From the NCBI RefSeq assembly GCF_006345805.1, contig NW_021827537.1:1-28055 (forward strand): a stretch of DNA of 28,055 nt, read 5' to 3'. This document shows positions 11,804 through 21,801 of this stretch, one piece after another. The position numbers and the translations under genes were made by a program. Numbering within the stretch: position 1 is the stretch's first letter; every line of letters starts with the position of its first letter. Below the pieces are notes generated by a model. It worked only from the letters and a program-made list of their open reading frames with translations. It did not search any database and was not told the origin of the DNA. The stretch comes from Octopus sinensis. Taxonomy: Eukaryota.

Positions 11804-12293
11804 TAAATAAGTTCGTGCGCGCGTGCATATTACTGTACTTATAGGATTGCCGTTAATATACAATGATCATAATAATGTCCTATCTCCTGTTTTGTTCGAA
11901 AATCCGATTCAGTTCGAACCAAAAGTAAAATGTGAATGTTCACCATTCACATTTATCTGGGCTTGTGCTGTTTATAAAGACAAGATGAGCTTAAGTAAGC
12001 AGTAAAACAGTTGTTTAGCCAATGTTGACGAGATTTCTTTGGTGACGCCTTATTTCTGATCTTTTGTTACAATGGCAATTATTTGACAGGGCTGTTGTTT
12101 ACAATGAGATATTACATGTTGCCATTAGCATGTTGTGAATATAAATTTATTTGTTAATATAGTATATCATATTATATTATATTATATTGGATTTTCACGC
12201 CGTTTCGACCATTGAAAGTGCTGTAGGACATTAATTCAGAGTGTTCTTAGTTCGATGTTTTACCGTGTTGTTTCATGTGGGAAATCAGACTTA

Positions 12294-13022
12294 CAGGATG
12301 TTCGGACGAGATTTGACGAATTTTCCTGTCTCCTTTTTCAGGGACAGCTTGCTCTGTTGGTGAACTGTCCACGGTGTTAGAGAGCATTAAGATAAAAGTT
12401 GTAGCTAAGAAGAAAATATTAGTTGACATAGAAGACTAGAAGCCAGCTGACTACTGTAAAAGAGTCACCTGTATCATGATTCGCGCCGGGTATCAAAATG
12501 CCGACATTGTCACTGCTACTCTATGCTTTGTGAACATTATAAAGGTTGTAAGACGTTGCATGAACAGGAGCTTAGGCTCAATACAGACGGCTATGTAAAA
12601 CTGCTGGACGGCCATATGTGTGGCAGCAGGATTCGGTTCCTTGCTACACCTCCGGTAAAAATCAGAAGTGGTTGTCAGAGGATTTCTACAACTTCACCAG
12701 TATTAATTTCTGCCCGTCTAATCCCACCGATTGCAATCTCATGGATATTACTACGTGTAGGGCACGGTTGGTGAAAACACCAACCGCTCTGCCTGCAACA
12801 CAAAGGCCGAGCTGGTGGCCTAGATCAAGGACGTGTTCGAAGATCTTCCCGGGGAAACAAAGAGGAATGCATGTGCCAGGCTTGAGAGCCGCCTTGCGGA
12901 GCGACTACTTTGAGTAAACTGTTATCTCCCAGGTTATCCGTCGGGTACCTCAAGATTATCGTAGTCTCCAAGTCTTCAGATTTATCTTGCATATTTACCG
13001 TCAGGTCTTTAGAATGTTCTTA
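12294..13022 (+). pseudogene. maT (ITm DD37D) transposase deletion derivative
   Basis: N-terminus (I)ED*KPADYCKRVTCIMIRAGYQNADIVTA from 12428, then LRLNTDGYVKLL, then WQQDSVPCYTS...PSNPTDCNLMD with exactly 37 residues between the Ds, ending DYFE* at 12917. Frameshifted. Probable left end TA|CAGGATGTTC at 12294; right end tentative. Confidence 0.85.
12295..12429 (-). CDS. Candidate exon encoding a signal-peptide-like N-terminus (unverified)
   Basis: ATG at 12429; 45 codons MSTNIFFLATTFILMLSNTVDSSPTEQAVPEKGDRKIRQISSEHP; phase-0 donor GTAAGT at 12294-12289. Lies wholly inside the presumed 5' end of the maT relic, so it may be fortuitous. Confidence 0.2.
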
Positions 13023-13689
13023 GACGGGTGCAGTGAACAGCCTTGGTACCTGGCACTAGAAATAAGCTGACCATCGAAGAGGGGTCTAAGGTAAATGAGT
13101 CTTGCATGCGTACCGCATAGCCAACCCTTGAATTGCGCTTCGACAAGGAAACTGTCTATACCTAAAATGTCACATTTTACAATAAACCCTCTGTTGAGGA
13201 CATTGTCTTGCCCCTTGGTGATGCAAATTGAACGAAATCAGTGAAGATGGAATGAGTCTAGTGTTTTAACATGTCGCCTGTAATAAACACACACACATAC
13301 ACATATATATACAAATGGATATACATATATATGTGATTATATAGAAATGTATACGCATAAATATATGTGTGAATATGTGTATGTAGTTATGTGTGCTTAA
13401 GAATGTGTAAGTATGTGTCTATCTACTTGTGTGTGTGTGTGTGGTGTGTGTGTGTGTGTGTGTGAAAAGATATATAGATAGATTCATTCATTCATTTATC
13501 TGGAGAAGACATTTGAAGAAAGCTGGAGAGAAAAACTAGTGATCCGTAAAAACAGTACGAAACAGTTTCAAGTTGAGAACTAAAAATAAGAAATACGGCA
13601 GACATTTTCATAATGGACGACAGTAATTTTCTTTTGACATTTATGTTGAGAGAAGATACCAGTGTTTAATTGACATTATAGTATGTATG

Positions 13690-14025
13690 GCGGTGGTATT
13701 GGTAGTAGTGGACTAGGTGGTGGTGCTGTTGATGTTGGTGATAGTGGTCGAGGTGGTGGTAGTGGTGGTGGAGAATAGTAGTGGTAGTTGCGAACAAGTT
13801 GGTAGTAGTCGATGTGGGTGGTGGTGGTTGTGGTGATGGTTGTGTTGCTGCTGGTGGTGGTGGTGGTGGTGTTGGTAGTGGTAGTCAATGGCGTGGTGCT
13901 GCTGGTGGTCGAGGTGGTGGTGATGGTGATGTCAGTGGTGGTGGTGGTGGTGGTGGTGGTGGTGGTGGTGGTGGCTATGGTGGTAGCGGTGATGATGATG
14001 GTGGTGGTGGTGGCGGTAGTCGTAC
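13690..14025. repeat. Degenerate (GGT)n/(GAT)n triplet repeat
   Basis: Directly visible; explains the poly-G/V/T ORFs. Confidence 0.9.
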
Positions 14026-14299
14026 TGAAACAGCTTTAACCTTCTTAGTTGAGAATAATTGGTTCTCAGTGTGCATGTGTGCGCGTGCGTGCGTATGAGT
14101 GTGTTCATCTGTGTGTGTGTGTAGATTATATATCTCTATGTATACTTATATGTCCTCATATATACATACATACATACATTTACTCTAAATACATATACTT
14201 GTGCATATATGAATATATGATATATAATATATATATATATTCACATATTTATACAAATATTCATATACGTATACATATACTCATGTAGCTTTATATGTC

Positions 14300-14333
<34 letters not shown>

Positions 14334-14814
14334 ATGAGACTTGCGACGAATATTTTGTGAAAATTGTGACTCAAAAAATCATTGCCTGGAGGAGCGTTTA
14401 GTGCTGGAATCTCCGAATCGCGGTTAGGATGGTGGGTGTCCGCTACACGCAATATGTAGTTTTACTCTACAATCTGTTTTTTTAAGCAATTCTTCTTACC
14501 TTTGTGAAGCTAATTGTAAAACGAGTGGCTGTGTGACACTGTCTTTCTATATATTGCAAGATGGGTGAGAACTACTACTATGTCTGGCAGACAAGTATCC
14601 ATCAATGAAGATGAGCAAAATGAGGTCGAAATCACGTTATCTGGTTGGTCTCAGAGCTAGAATAGTAGGGAATTCTCTCCTCGCTTGCAATGTATATCGA
14701 GTACGAAGGCACACAGAATAAACAGCGGGAGGAGGCGTCCTCCTGGGGTTAAAATAGTAGTATTGTCTGTTCTTATAGAACAGTCACATTTACGTGACGA
14801 TAAACCTTACTTCT

Positions 14815-14919
14815 CTCTCTCCCTCTCCCTCTCCATCTCCCTCTCTCTCCATCTCCCTCTCTCTCTCCATCTCCGTCTCTCTCTCCCCATCTCCTCTCTC
14901 TCTATCTCCTTCCTCTCTT

Positions 14920-14945
<26 letters not shown>
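14815..14945. repeat. (CT)n polypyrimidine microsatellite
   Basis: Directly visible. Confidence 0.9.
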
Positions 14946-14950
<5 letters not shown>

Positions 14951-14981
14951 CTATCTATCTATATACACACACCTTATACGT

Positions 14982-15153
14982 GCAGGCGTAGCTGTGTGGC
15001 TAGCTAAAAGGCTTGCTTTGCAGCCAGGTGGTTCCGGGTTCAATCTCACTGCCCCCCACCTTGGGGAAGTCTCTTTTACTAAAACTCCGGGCCGACCAAT
15101 ATTTGGTGTGTGAATTTGAGAATTTGTTGAGAGAAACTATGTTGAAGCCCGTC

Positions 15154-15194
<41 letters not shown>

Positions 15195-15414
15195 ATCTAT
15201 CTGTGTTTGTATCTGTTCTTGTGCCCCACCCCACCCCTCGCTTGACCACCGGTATTGGTTTGCCTATTTCTTCGTACCTTATCGATTCGGTAAAACTTAC
15301 CTACACACTTTACTTTAAAATAAAACAGCTTGAATAATGGCGTCGTTTGTTCGACTAAAACCCTTCAAGGCGGTGCCCCAGCATTGCCGCAGTACTATGA
15401 ATGAAACAAGCTAA
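14982..15414 (+). mobile_element. SINE group A, full-length, diverged
   Basis: GCAGGCGTAGCTGTGTGG head, GGTTCCGGGTTCAATCTC B-box, CACCTTGGGGAAGT CORE-like segment, central (TA)n, 3' TTCGACTAAAA..AAGGCGGTGCCCCAGCATTGCCGCAGT..TGAAACAAG. Confidence 0.88.
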
Positions 15415-15545
15415 TGTTTTTTCTATTTAGTTTTGTCCTATGTTATATGTTATAATACATTACCATTGTTCATATGTTCTTCTTGATAGGTATCTTTTTA
15501 AGGCTCACGTGGTCTGGTTAAGAACTGTTACTTCTTGTGTGAGAG

Positions 15546-16572
15546 ATTTGATCCGAAATATTGTGTTAATCGCAACCTCTCGTGTGTTCTGTGCATGTGA
15601 TTCTATCTTAGAACAGGTCTATTCTCTTTCCGATATCTGGTCTATGATCATGTACTCTTTGCAGGATTTTTGATCCAAAATCATATGATGTTTGATCCGA
15701 GATTATGTGAATTTTGTCTGACGTTTGTTCTGAGATCTTGTGATATTTACTTGATGTTTGATCCGAGATCGCGTGATCCTTGCACAATGGCTGGTGAGAG
15801 ATCACTTCATCTTTGCATGACTTTTGATCCGAGATCATGTGTTCTCTGCATAATGTTTGATCCGAGGTCATGATCTGACATTAAGTGATATTTGCATGAT
15901 GTTTGGTCAGAGATCTTATTAGCTAAGCATGATGTTTTATCTAAGATCATGTTCTGGTATGTTACGTAATGATCCGAGATGATGTTCTTATTATATGCTA
16001 TGTGATCTGAGATCGTGTTTTCTTTACTTCATGTTTGATCCGGGATCCTGTGACCTTTGACGTGTGGTTGAATTAAGGTTATGTGACCTCTGCATGATGT
16101 TTGATTCAACAGCATGAGCTGTACCCAACTTTTCATTCCAAATCATGCAATCTTTAATGCAATTTCATATACGATCATATGTTCTTCACCTGATATTCTA
16201 TATGCGGTCATGCGTACCTTTTGCAAGAGATTTGATCCGCAGTCATGTGGTCTTCGCAAGAAATATGCTCTGAAACCATGCGTTCTTTGCAACAGGATTG
16301 AACTGAGATCCTGTATTCTTTGCAAACAATTTGATCCACCATCATTTTCGAATACAAGAATCTTAATCGAGTATTTAGGAAAACATTTGGACTTAGATCC
16401 TATCTTATTGGCAAAATGTTTTATACAAAATCGTACGTTCTTTGTTAGAAATTTTAACAGAGATACCGTAGTTTTTAAGAAATTTCTATCTCAGATAATA
16501 CCTTCTGTGTAAACGTTTGATCGGAGATAGTGTGTTATTTGCATGAGATTGTTATCCGAAATCGTGTTTCAC
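15546..16572. repeat. Degenerate 33-bp tandem array, about 30 units by length
   Basis: Consensus by eye TGATGTTTGATCCGAGATCATGTGTTCTTTGCA. GATCC cores at 15694, 15760, 15826, 15859 (steps 66, 66, 33), 15971 and 16037 (66), 16234 and 16333 (99). Confidence 0.9.
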
Positions 16573-16967
16573 TGTTAAAAACAACTGCATTTTGCCAGAA
16601 ATAATACCAAGCACCATATTGTTGTTGGGCAATATCTCTCAAACATATTTAAACTTGTTTTCAATTGGTATTCTTTCCACACACCTGCCTAGAAATTTGT
16701 TTCAGCCTGACGGCCAATGTGTTCTATCTCAATCTATGACTGATTTACGATAAATAAAGCAAAACTTTCTAGACAGAGTTGTCTCACTTGGTACCTGGAG
16801 CTGAGGAGAACTAACGAGTTCGAAATGCGTTTATCGGCACTCTGGGCTCTCTGTTGCGTTTTGACACCCTTATTTTCTTAAGCGAGAAATTTTCTCAACA
16901 AACTGCAGTGAAAAGCCTTTACATATTCAAATGTTTCTCAAACTTAATTAAACTGGCCTTAAGTTTG

Positions 16968-17271
16968 AATTTGAAAGGAAATTTTCAAAGAAAACTTTGC
17001 ATTTTGGTAAGACCATCTAAAAGCTTCTGACGGCCTAAGAGAACTGTACACAAGGTGATCTATATATAAGGTGATCTATCAACGATATAAGGAGACGATC
17101 AACGAGGAGATTACATAGTTTAATAACAGCATGAAGAAGGGCAGAATAAGGTTCGCCCAGTTCGACATGGTCGATTTTTACCCGTCTATATCGAAGGGAT
17201 ACTTCACTGATAGTAGCGGGATGGACATAGATATCGTCATGCACGCCAGGAAAACGGTGCTGCTTAAGAAT
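16968..17271 (+). pseudogene. Penelope-like element (PLE) reverse transcriptase fragment
   Basis: KGNFQRKLCILVRPSKS (16974-17024) resembles the PLE KENF..CRLINPAKS motif. After a frameshift: NEEIT*FNNSMKKGRIRFAQFDMVDFYPSIS (RT motif FDxxxFYPSI, F at 17161) and DIDIVMHARKTVLL. Recognised from recalled family motifs; no search run. Confidence 0.78.
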
Positions 17272-17592
17272 ATAGTCCACCGTCCATTAGGGTCTGACGA
17301 GACGTGTGTAAAGCTGAGTGCTTTACGGGCGCCAAACCCTAGGTAACCCTATAAACCGGCCATAACTATATATATATATATAATATATATATATATATAT
17401 ACACGCAATATATACATTCACACATAGAACACAAGACAGAGGTGCATGAAGCTAAGTAGTATAATCTTAGCTCGTGTAAGCGAGATTATGTATGTGCGTA
17501 CTCATAATCCCTAGTTTTATATGCATAGACCACACACACACACGCACACCACACACACACACACACACACAACACACCCACACACATATATA

Positions 17593-17633
<41 letters not shown>

Positions 17634-17636
<3 letters not shown>

Positions 17637-17936
17637 CACCGTGACCGACCAGGCTATCAGATGTTGCTACACATCGCTGGTCACAATGCGCTTCGCATTG
17701 TTTTAGCCTTCAAATTGACGCCACCCCCCGCTGGCTAAGCGAGCAGGCCAACAGAAGAAAGAGTGAGAGAAAGGTGTGGCGAAAGAGTACAGCAGGGATC
17801 GCCACCACCCCCTACCGGAGCCTCGTGGAGCTTTAGGTGTTTCGCTCAATAACACTCACAACGCCCGGTCTGGGAATCGAAACCGCGATCCTACCACCGG
17901 AATCCGCTGCCCTAACCATTGGGCCATTGCACCTCC
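17634..17936 (-). mobile_element. tRNA-derived SINE group C, tail type 1
   Basis: Reverse complement starts GGAGGTGCAATGGCCCAATGGTTAGGGCAGCGG..GGTTTCGATTCCCAGACCGGGCG (A and B boxes). Shares ~190 bp with the 26582 element, then has its own tail ending GGTCGGTCACGGTGATA before (TA)n. Confidence 0.92.
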
Positions 17937-17950
17937 ACACACACACACAC

Positions 17951-17991
<41 letters not shown>

Positions 17992-18499
17992 ATATATATA
18001 TTATATATTATATATATATATATATATAGATAGATAGATAGATAGATAGATAAGATGAGATATCAATAGATATCATATCATATCACCTGAAATATCTGCA
18101 ATGATGACTGATGGAGAGCGTGTAAGGTAGAGCAGCGCAGAATCTCGCAGTGGAGAGGAGAAAAAAAAACAGAGGGAGACAAAGATAAGAGTGCAAGGCA
18201 GAGGAATAGAAGAACGGAAAAAGTGGAGGGTGTCATGGAGGGTGGTTCGGCGGCGGCGGCGGCGGTGACGGTGGTGGTGGGCTGTTGGTCGTAGTTGTGG
18301 TGGGTGAAGTGACTCGCATGAAATTCGTGCTAAAAACACAATTAGGAAGCGACGTGATGAAGTATTTAGCTGAGAAAATTGTCAATTAATGATGAGTGAG
18401 AGGTGTATTGAATCAAGCAAACCTACCAAGCAGCCAGCAAGGCAGGAAGGAACGGTAGGATGCAGGCAGGCAAGTTAAGAAGCAGATAGATTGAATTAA

Positions 18500-18736
18500 T
18501 GGATTCAGGCGATAATTTCATATTCTAATTATATATAATATTTGATCTGTTCATAGTAAGCACGTCTTGTACAGTTGGAGTAAAAATACCAAAATATATA
18601 AATAAATAAATAGAAGAATGCAGATAAACGAACAAATGTAAAAGAATACAAGAATATAAGAATAAAAGAACGTGTGGATAAAAGGAAAATAAAATTGGAA
18701 TGTATTCCCCGTATCTCTTTTTTGTCTGAGTGTATG

Positions 18737-18771
<35 letters not shown>

Positions 18772-18992
18772 CATAACGATATAACGTATGTATATATATG
18801 TGTGTATGTATGTATAGCATATATATATATATTTGTATTATATGTGTATATATATGATTATGTATATGCACACACCTATATTTCTGCATCTATCTATCTA
18901 TATATGTATAAATCTATGCATATGTATATTTATTTGTTTATATTTTGTGTGTGCGTGCGTGTGTGTGTGTTTGTGCGCGCGTCTGTGTGTGT

Positions 18993-19030
<38 letters not shown>
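18500..19030. repeat. AT-rich low-complexity and (TA)/(TG)n block
   Basis: Directly visible. Confidence 0.8.
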
Positions 19031-19031
<1 letters not shown>

Positions 19032-19532
19032 CAAGTGCAGTTGCTGTTCGATATTAAAACATTCAGTAAAGCAAATCCTTTGTGATTGAGCATTCCTCAT
19101 GCGGGGTCAGCTGATAGAAAAATATACACCTTGTTACTGGTTTCATTTGATTCTTTTCTTTTTTATTTTCTTGTTTTCATTTTTTCATTCGGTGATCATG
19201 ACTGAAGATTTGCTACATCAGCCTGTCTCACATGAGAAATGGTTTGAAACACTCAGAAACGGAATCCTATAATCCAGAATTATAATCTGACATACTAAAT
19301 ATCTACTTAATGTAACTACTGAGTTCTTTTAGTCTTCGTTCGTTGTCATTGTATATCTAGTGACACGCAAACACGAGCGGCCGCACACACAAACACACAG
19401 GCACATCCGAGTCCATAACGATTCGCATCTCTCGAGTCCGTCCGTACCGACCGTTTGGCGCAGATGCCAAAAGTGTACTGCCTGATCCTCGTCGGCAAAA
19501 TAGATCCGTGCCTTCGGAAGATATGTATGTAA

Positions 19533-19580
19533 CTTGCCTGAAGACACGGTGCTGCCACAGTCGAAACCCAGAGTAGCAAG
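19533..19580 (+). ncRNA. Type I hammerhead ribozyme motif (minimal, PLE/retrozyme style)
   Basis: Stem I CTTGC/GCAAG (19533-37/19576-80); core CTGAAGA (19538-44); stem II 19545-19562 with CTGC loop; GAAAC (19563-67); 2-bp stem III with CCAGA loop; cleavage triplet GTA (19573-75). The stem II closing pair is C.C instead of G-C. Confidence 0.62.
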
Positions 19581-19654
19581 AGACTGACTTGATCGAAACA
19601 TAATGTACTATTACTCTCTACTATGCTACTGAGTAATTCTTTTCTCCAAGTCAA

Positions 19655-20352
19655 CACTGAAGCCTAACCGGAACGAAGCCATTGATTCCTGTTATCAGGA
19701 TTATAAAATTAGATCCATTTTCTTATCCCTAATTACAATTCGACGTCCAAAACAGGCGTTTTGGGCTTTCGCCAGCATTTATTTGCAAATGTTCATACGT
19801 TGTTGAGCCTGTTAATTGGTCAGTTCATGTGGGGCTTCTCAACAGTGTCTGTTCACAAGACCGAGCTTATGAACGTGTCGATTGATGGTTCTTTATGAAG
19901 GACCAAGTTCTGCCGACTTTGTACAAGTGCTTGAGCTTGGCTATTGTTAAACCATTTCAAGCAAGGCCTCATCTTACACAACATACAGTTTTTCTTACCT
20001 TGTCTTCGAGGTTGGTATCACTTTTCTTAAAACGTCCGAGCCAGTTTTGTGCCACAAATTGGTTGATAGTTCCTGGGCCTTCCACATCATTATTTTTTTA
20101 CTACTGTCCTTGCACTCAGTTCTTTTATCCACAGGTCGCGTAAAACGTCTTTAATCGCAATTTTTTCACCACCCATTATCAAAACTGCAAAATAAAGAAT
20201 AAAGAATTAATGCTAATATGTTGTATGTGAAAATAAAGAATAAACAATTCAGCAGCAATCGAACAGGTTCTATCAAATTAATGATATTACATGGAGATAC
20301 AAGTTGCCAAAAATCATCCGTGAAAATCTGAATAACTTTTGACTTAACAATC
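19655..20352 (-). pseudogene. Mariner transposase relic, N-terminal half with left TIR
   Basis: ATG at 20176: MGGEKIAIKDVLRDLWIKELSAR..VEGPGTINQFVAQNWLGRFKKSDTNLEDK, then RTINRHVHKLGLV..PHELT, RRIVIRDK/KWI*FYNPDNRNQWL (decayed RIVTGDEKW motif). Several stops. TIR-like AAAATCTGAATAACTTTTGACTTAACAA at ~20323-20350. Confidence 0.85.
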
Positions 20353-20966
20353 TACTACCTTCGCCACCCATTTTTATTGTCTCAAGACCCGGAGCACACC
20401 GTATACCTTGTCCTGGTCTATGATTTGTGGTGGAAGCCCCCTACAATGCAGATCATCGCGTTTGTAAATTATCTTGCCGGGAGACACTCGCTATACTACG
20501 CCAAAACGAAAGCTCTTTATTTAATCGATTCTCTGACGTAATCTTTCCTTGTAGGCATAAATTCTGCAAGATCTTTTTGCTCTTTATGTAAAATCATTAT
20601 AATTCCTCGCCGTCTTAGCTAAAATTCTTTCATTCGCTGTATTTTCTTTCACTATTCCCCCACTACCTTACCACAGCGCTTAACTCTCATACGACTCTGT
20701 TCGTCGCCTCTTTTGTTCTTGACTGCTTTATCTTCCCCCTATTTTGAACTATCAGCAATATTTCTTCGGCCAGTTATTAACTTTAACTCATTTATAACCA
20801 GTCTTTGTCAGGTAATATTTTCATCTCGTGTCTTCTCATCACAATCCCTTCCTTTTGACTATTTCCACTGCTTCCTCCCACACCTCCTTCACTGCTCCAT
20901 TCTGCTTTCTTTAAACCTTTTATATTTACAAACATTGCCAGAAAATACACAATAGCTACCTTGCTC

Positions 20967-21210
20967 TAGAGAAGAATAATAGGCTCCTGTAATTGTGGTA
21001 CCCTTTGCCAGGAAATCTGTCATCACTACTCCGTCCTGGTCCCAGAAGACTGTGAGCATGACCTTGCCAGCGGAGGGCAGCACCCTCGCCTTCTTTGGAG
21101 GAGGTGAGTCACGGTGCTTCCACTGCATTGACTGGGCTTTGGTCTCTGAATCATAGTGATGGACCCATCATTACTTAATTTAACAATTTCATCAGGACTC
21201 TTCGCAGGGC
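20967..21210 (-). pseudogene. Mariner transposase catalytic-domain fragment (separate element)
   Basis: Uninterrupted 67 codons at 21167-20967: WVHHYDSETKAQSMQWKHRDSPPPKKARVLPSAGKVMLTVFWDQDGVVMTDFLAKGTTITGAYYSSL, a typical mariner segment following the first catalytic D. Truncated on both sides. Confidence 0.9.
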
Positions 21211-21414
21211 AAGCACATATGATATCATGCGCATATTTCATACGCAAATTGTTATTACGTAAGTTTTGTATGGTCGTTTTGAAACAGCTGTCGAGCTAAG
21301 ATTTTACATAATTCTGTGCTTTTCTTATCTTTTTTTTCTTTATTCTGTAATCTGTATTGTTAGTGCTCCATGTAAATATACGTCCCAAGCCTACCCGTGT
21401 TTCACTAAATCAGT

Positions 21415-21485
21415 ACCTCTCTCTCCCCTTCCCACTCTCTCCCTCCATCTTCCCCTCTCCATCTCCCTCTTTCTCTCTCCCTCTC

Positions 21486-21520
<35 letters not shown>

Positions 21521-21712
21521 GATATATATGTATTTAAATCGATCATTTATTACATAATATTCTCGATAGATGCTCCTTGCACCACCACAATTTCCTTTTG
21601 AATTACGTTCAAATCAATGAATGTCGATGTTATTCGTGTGTCGTTTTTAATTATTTTATTCATTGATTTCAAATAGTGATGCCAGATATATGTATGTATG
21701 TATGTTTGTATG

Positions 21713-21751
<39 letters not shown>

Positions 21752-21752
21752 G

Positions 21753-21792
<40 letters not shown>

Positions 21793-21795
21793 CAT
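21415..21795. repeat. (CT)n and (TATG)n/(TA)n microsatellites
   Basis: Directly visible at 21415-21520 and 21690-21795. Confidence 0.85.
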
Positions 21796-21801
21796 AATAT
21801 G

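Noticed and set aside
14520-14640. Possible mariner N-terminal trace (ARWVR..SGRQVSINE)
   Set aside because: Too short and divergent to separate from chance.
15670-15873. Plus-frame repeat MFDPRSCVLCM resembling reflectin M/FD motifs
   Set aside because: Reflectin motifs are M/FD-X5-MD-X5-MD-X3/4 in Tyr/Met/Arg-rich proteins. Here the period is 11, Cys is frequent, Tyr is scarce and the frame has stops.
15546-16572. 33-bp array as a CRISPR-like array
   Set aside because: Units are contiguous and degenerate with no unique spacers; eukaryotic context; no cas genes.
17285-17350. Third hammerhead-like string CTGACGAGAC-GTGT-GT-AAAGC next to the PLE RT relic
   Set aside because: G12 and C11.1 are missing and no stem I is adjacent; too degraded to call.
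20360-20900. Purine-rich minus strand suggesting a LINE ORF remnant
   Set aside because: No recognisable endonuclease or RT motif in any frame.
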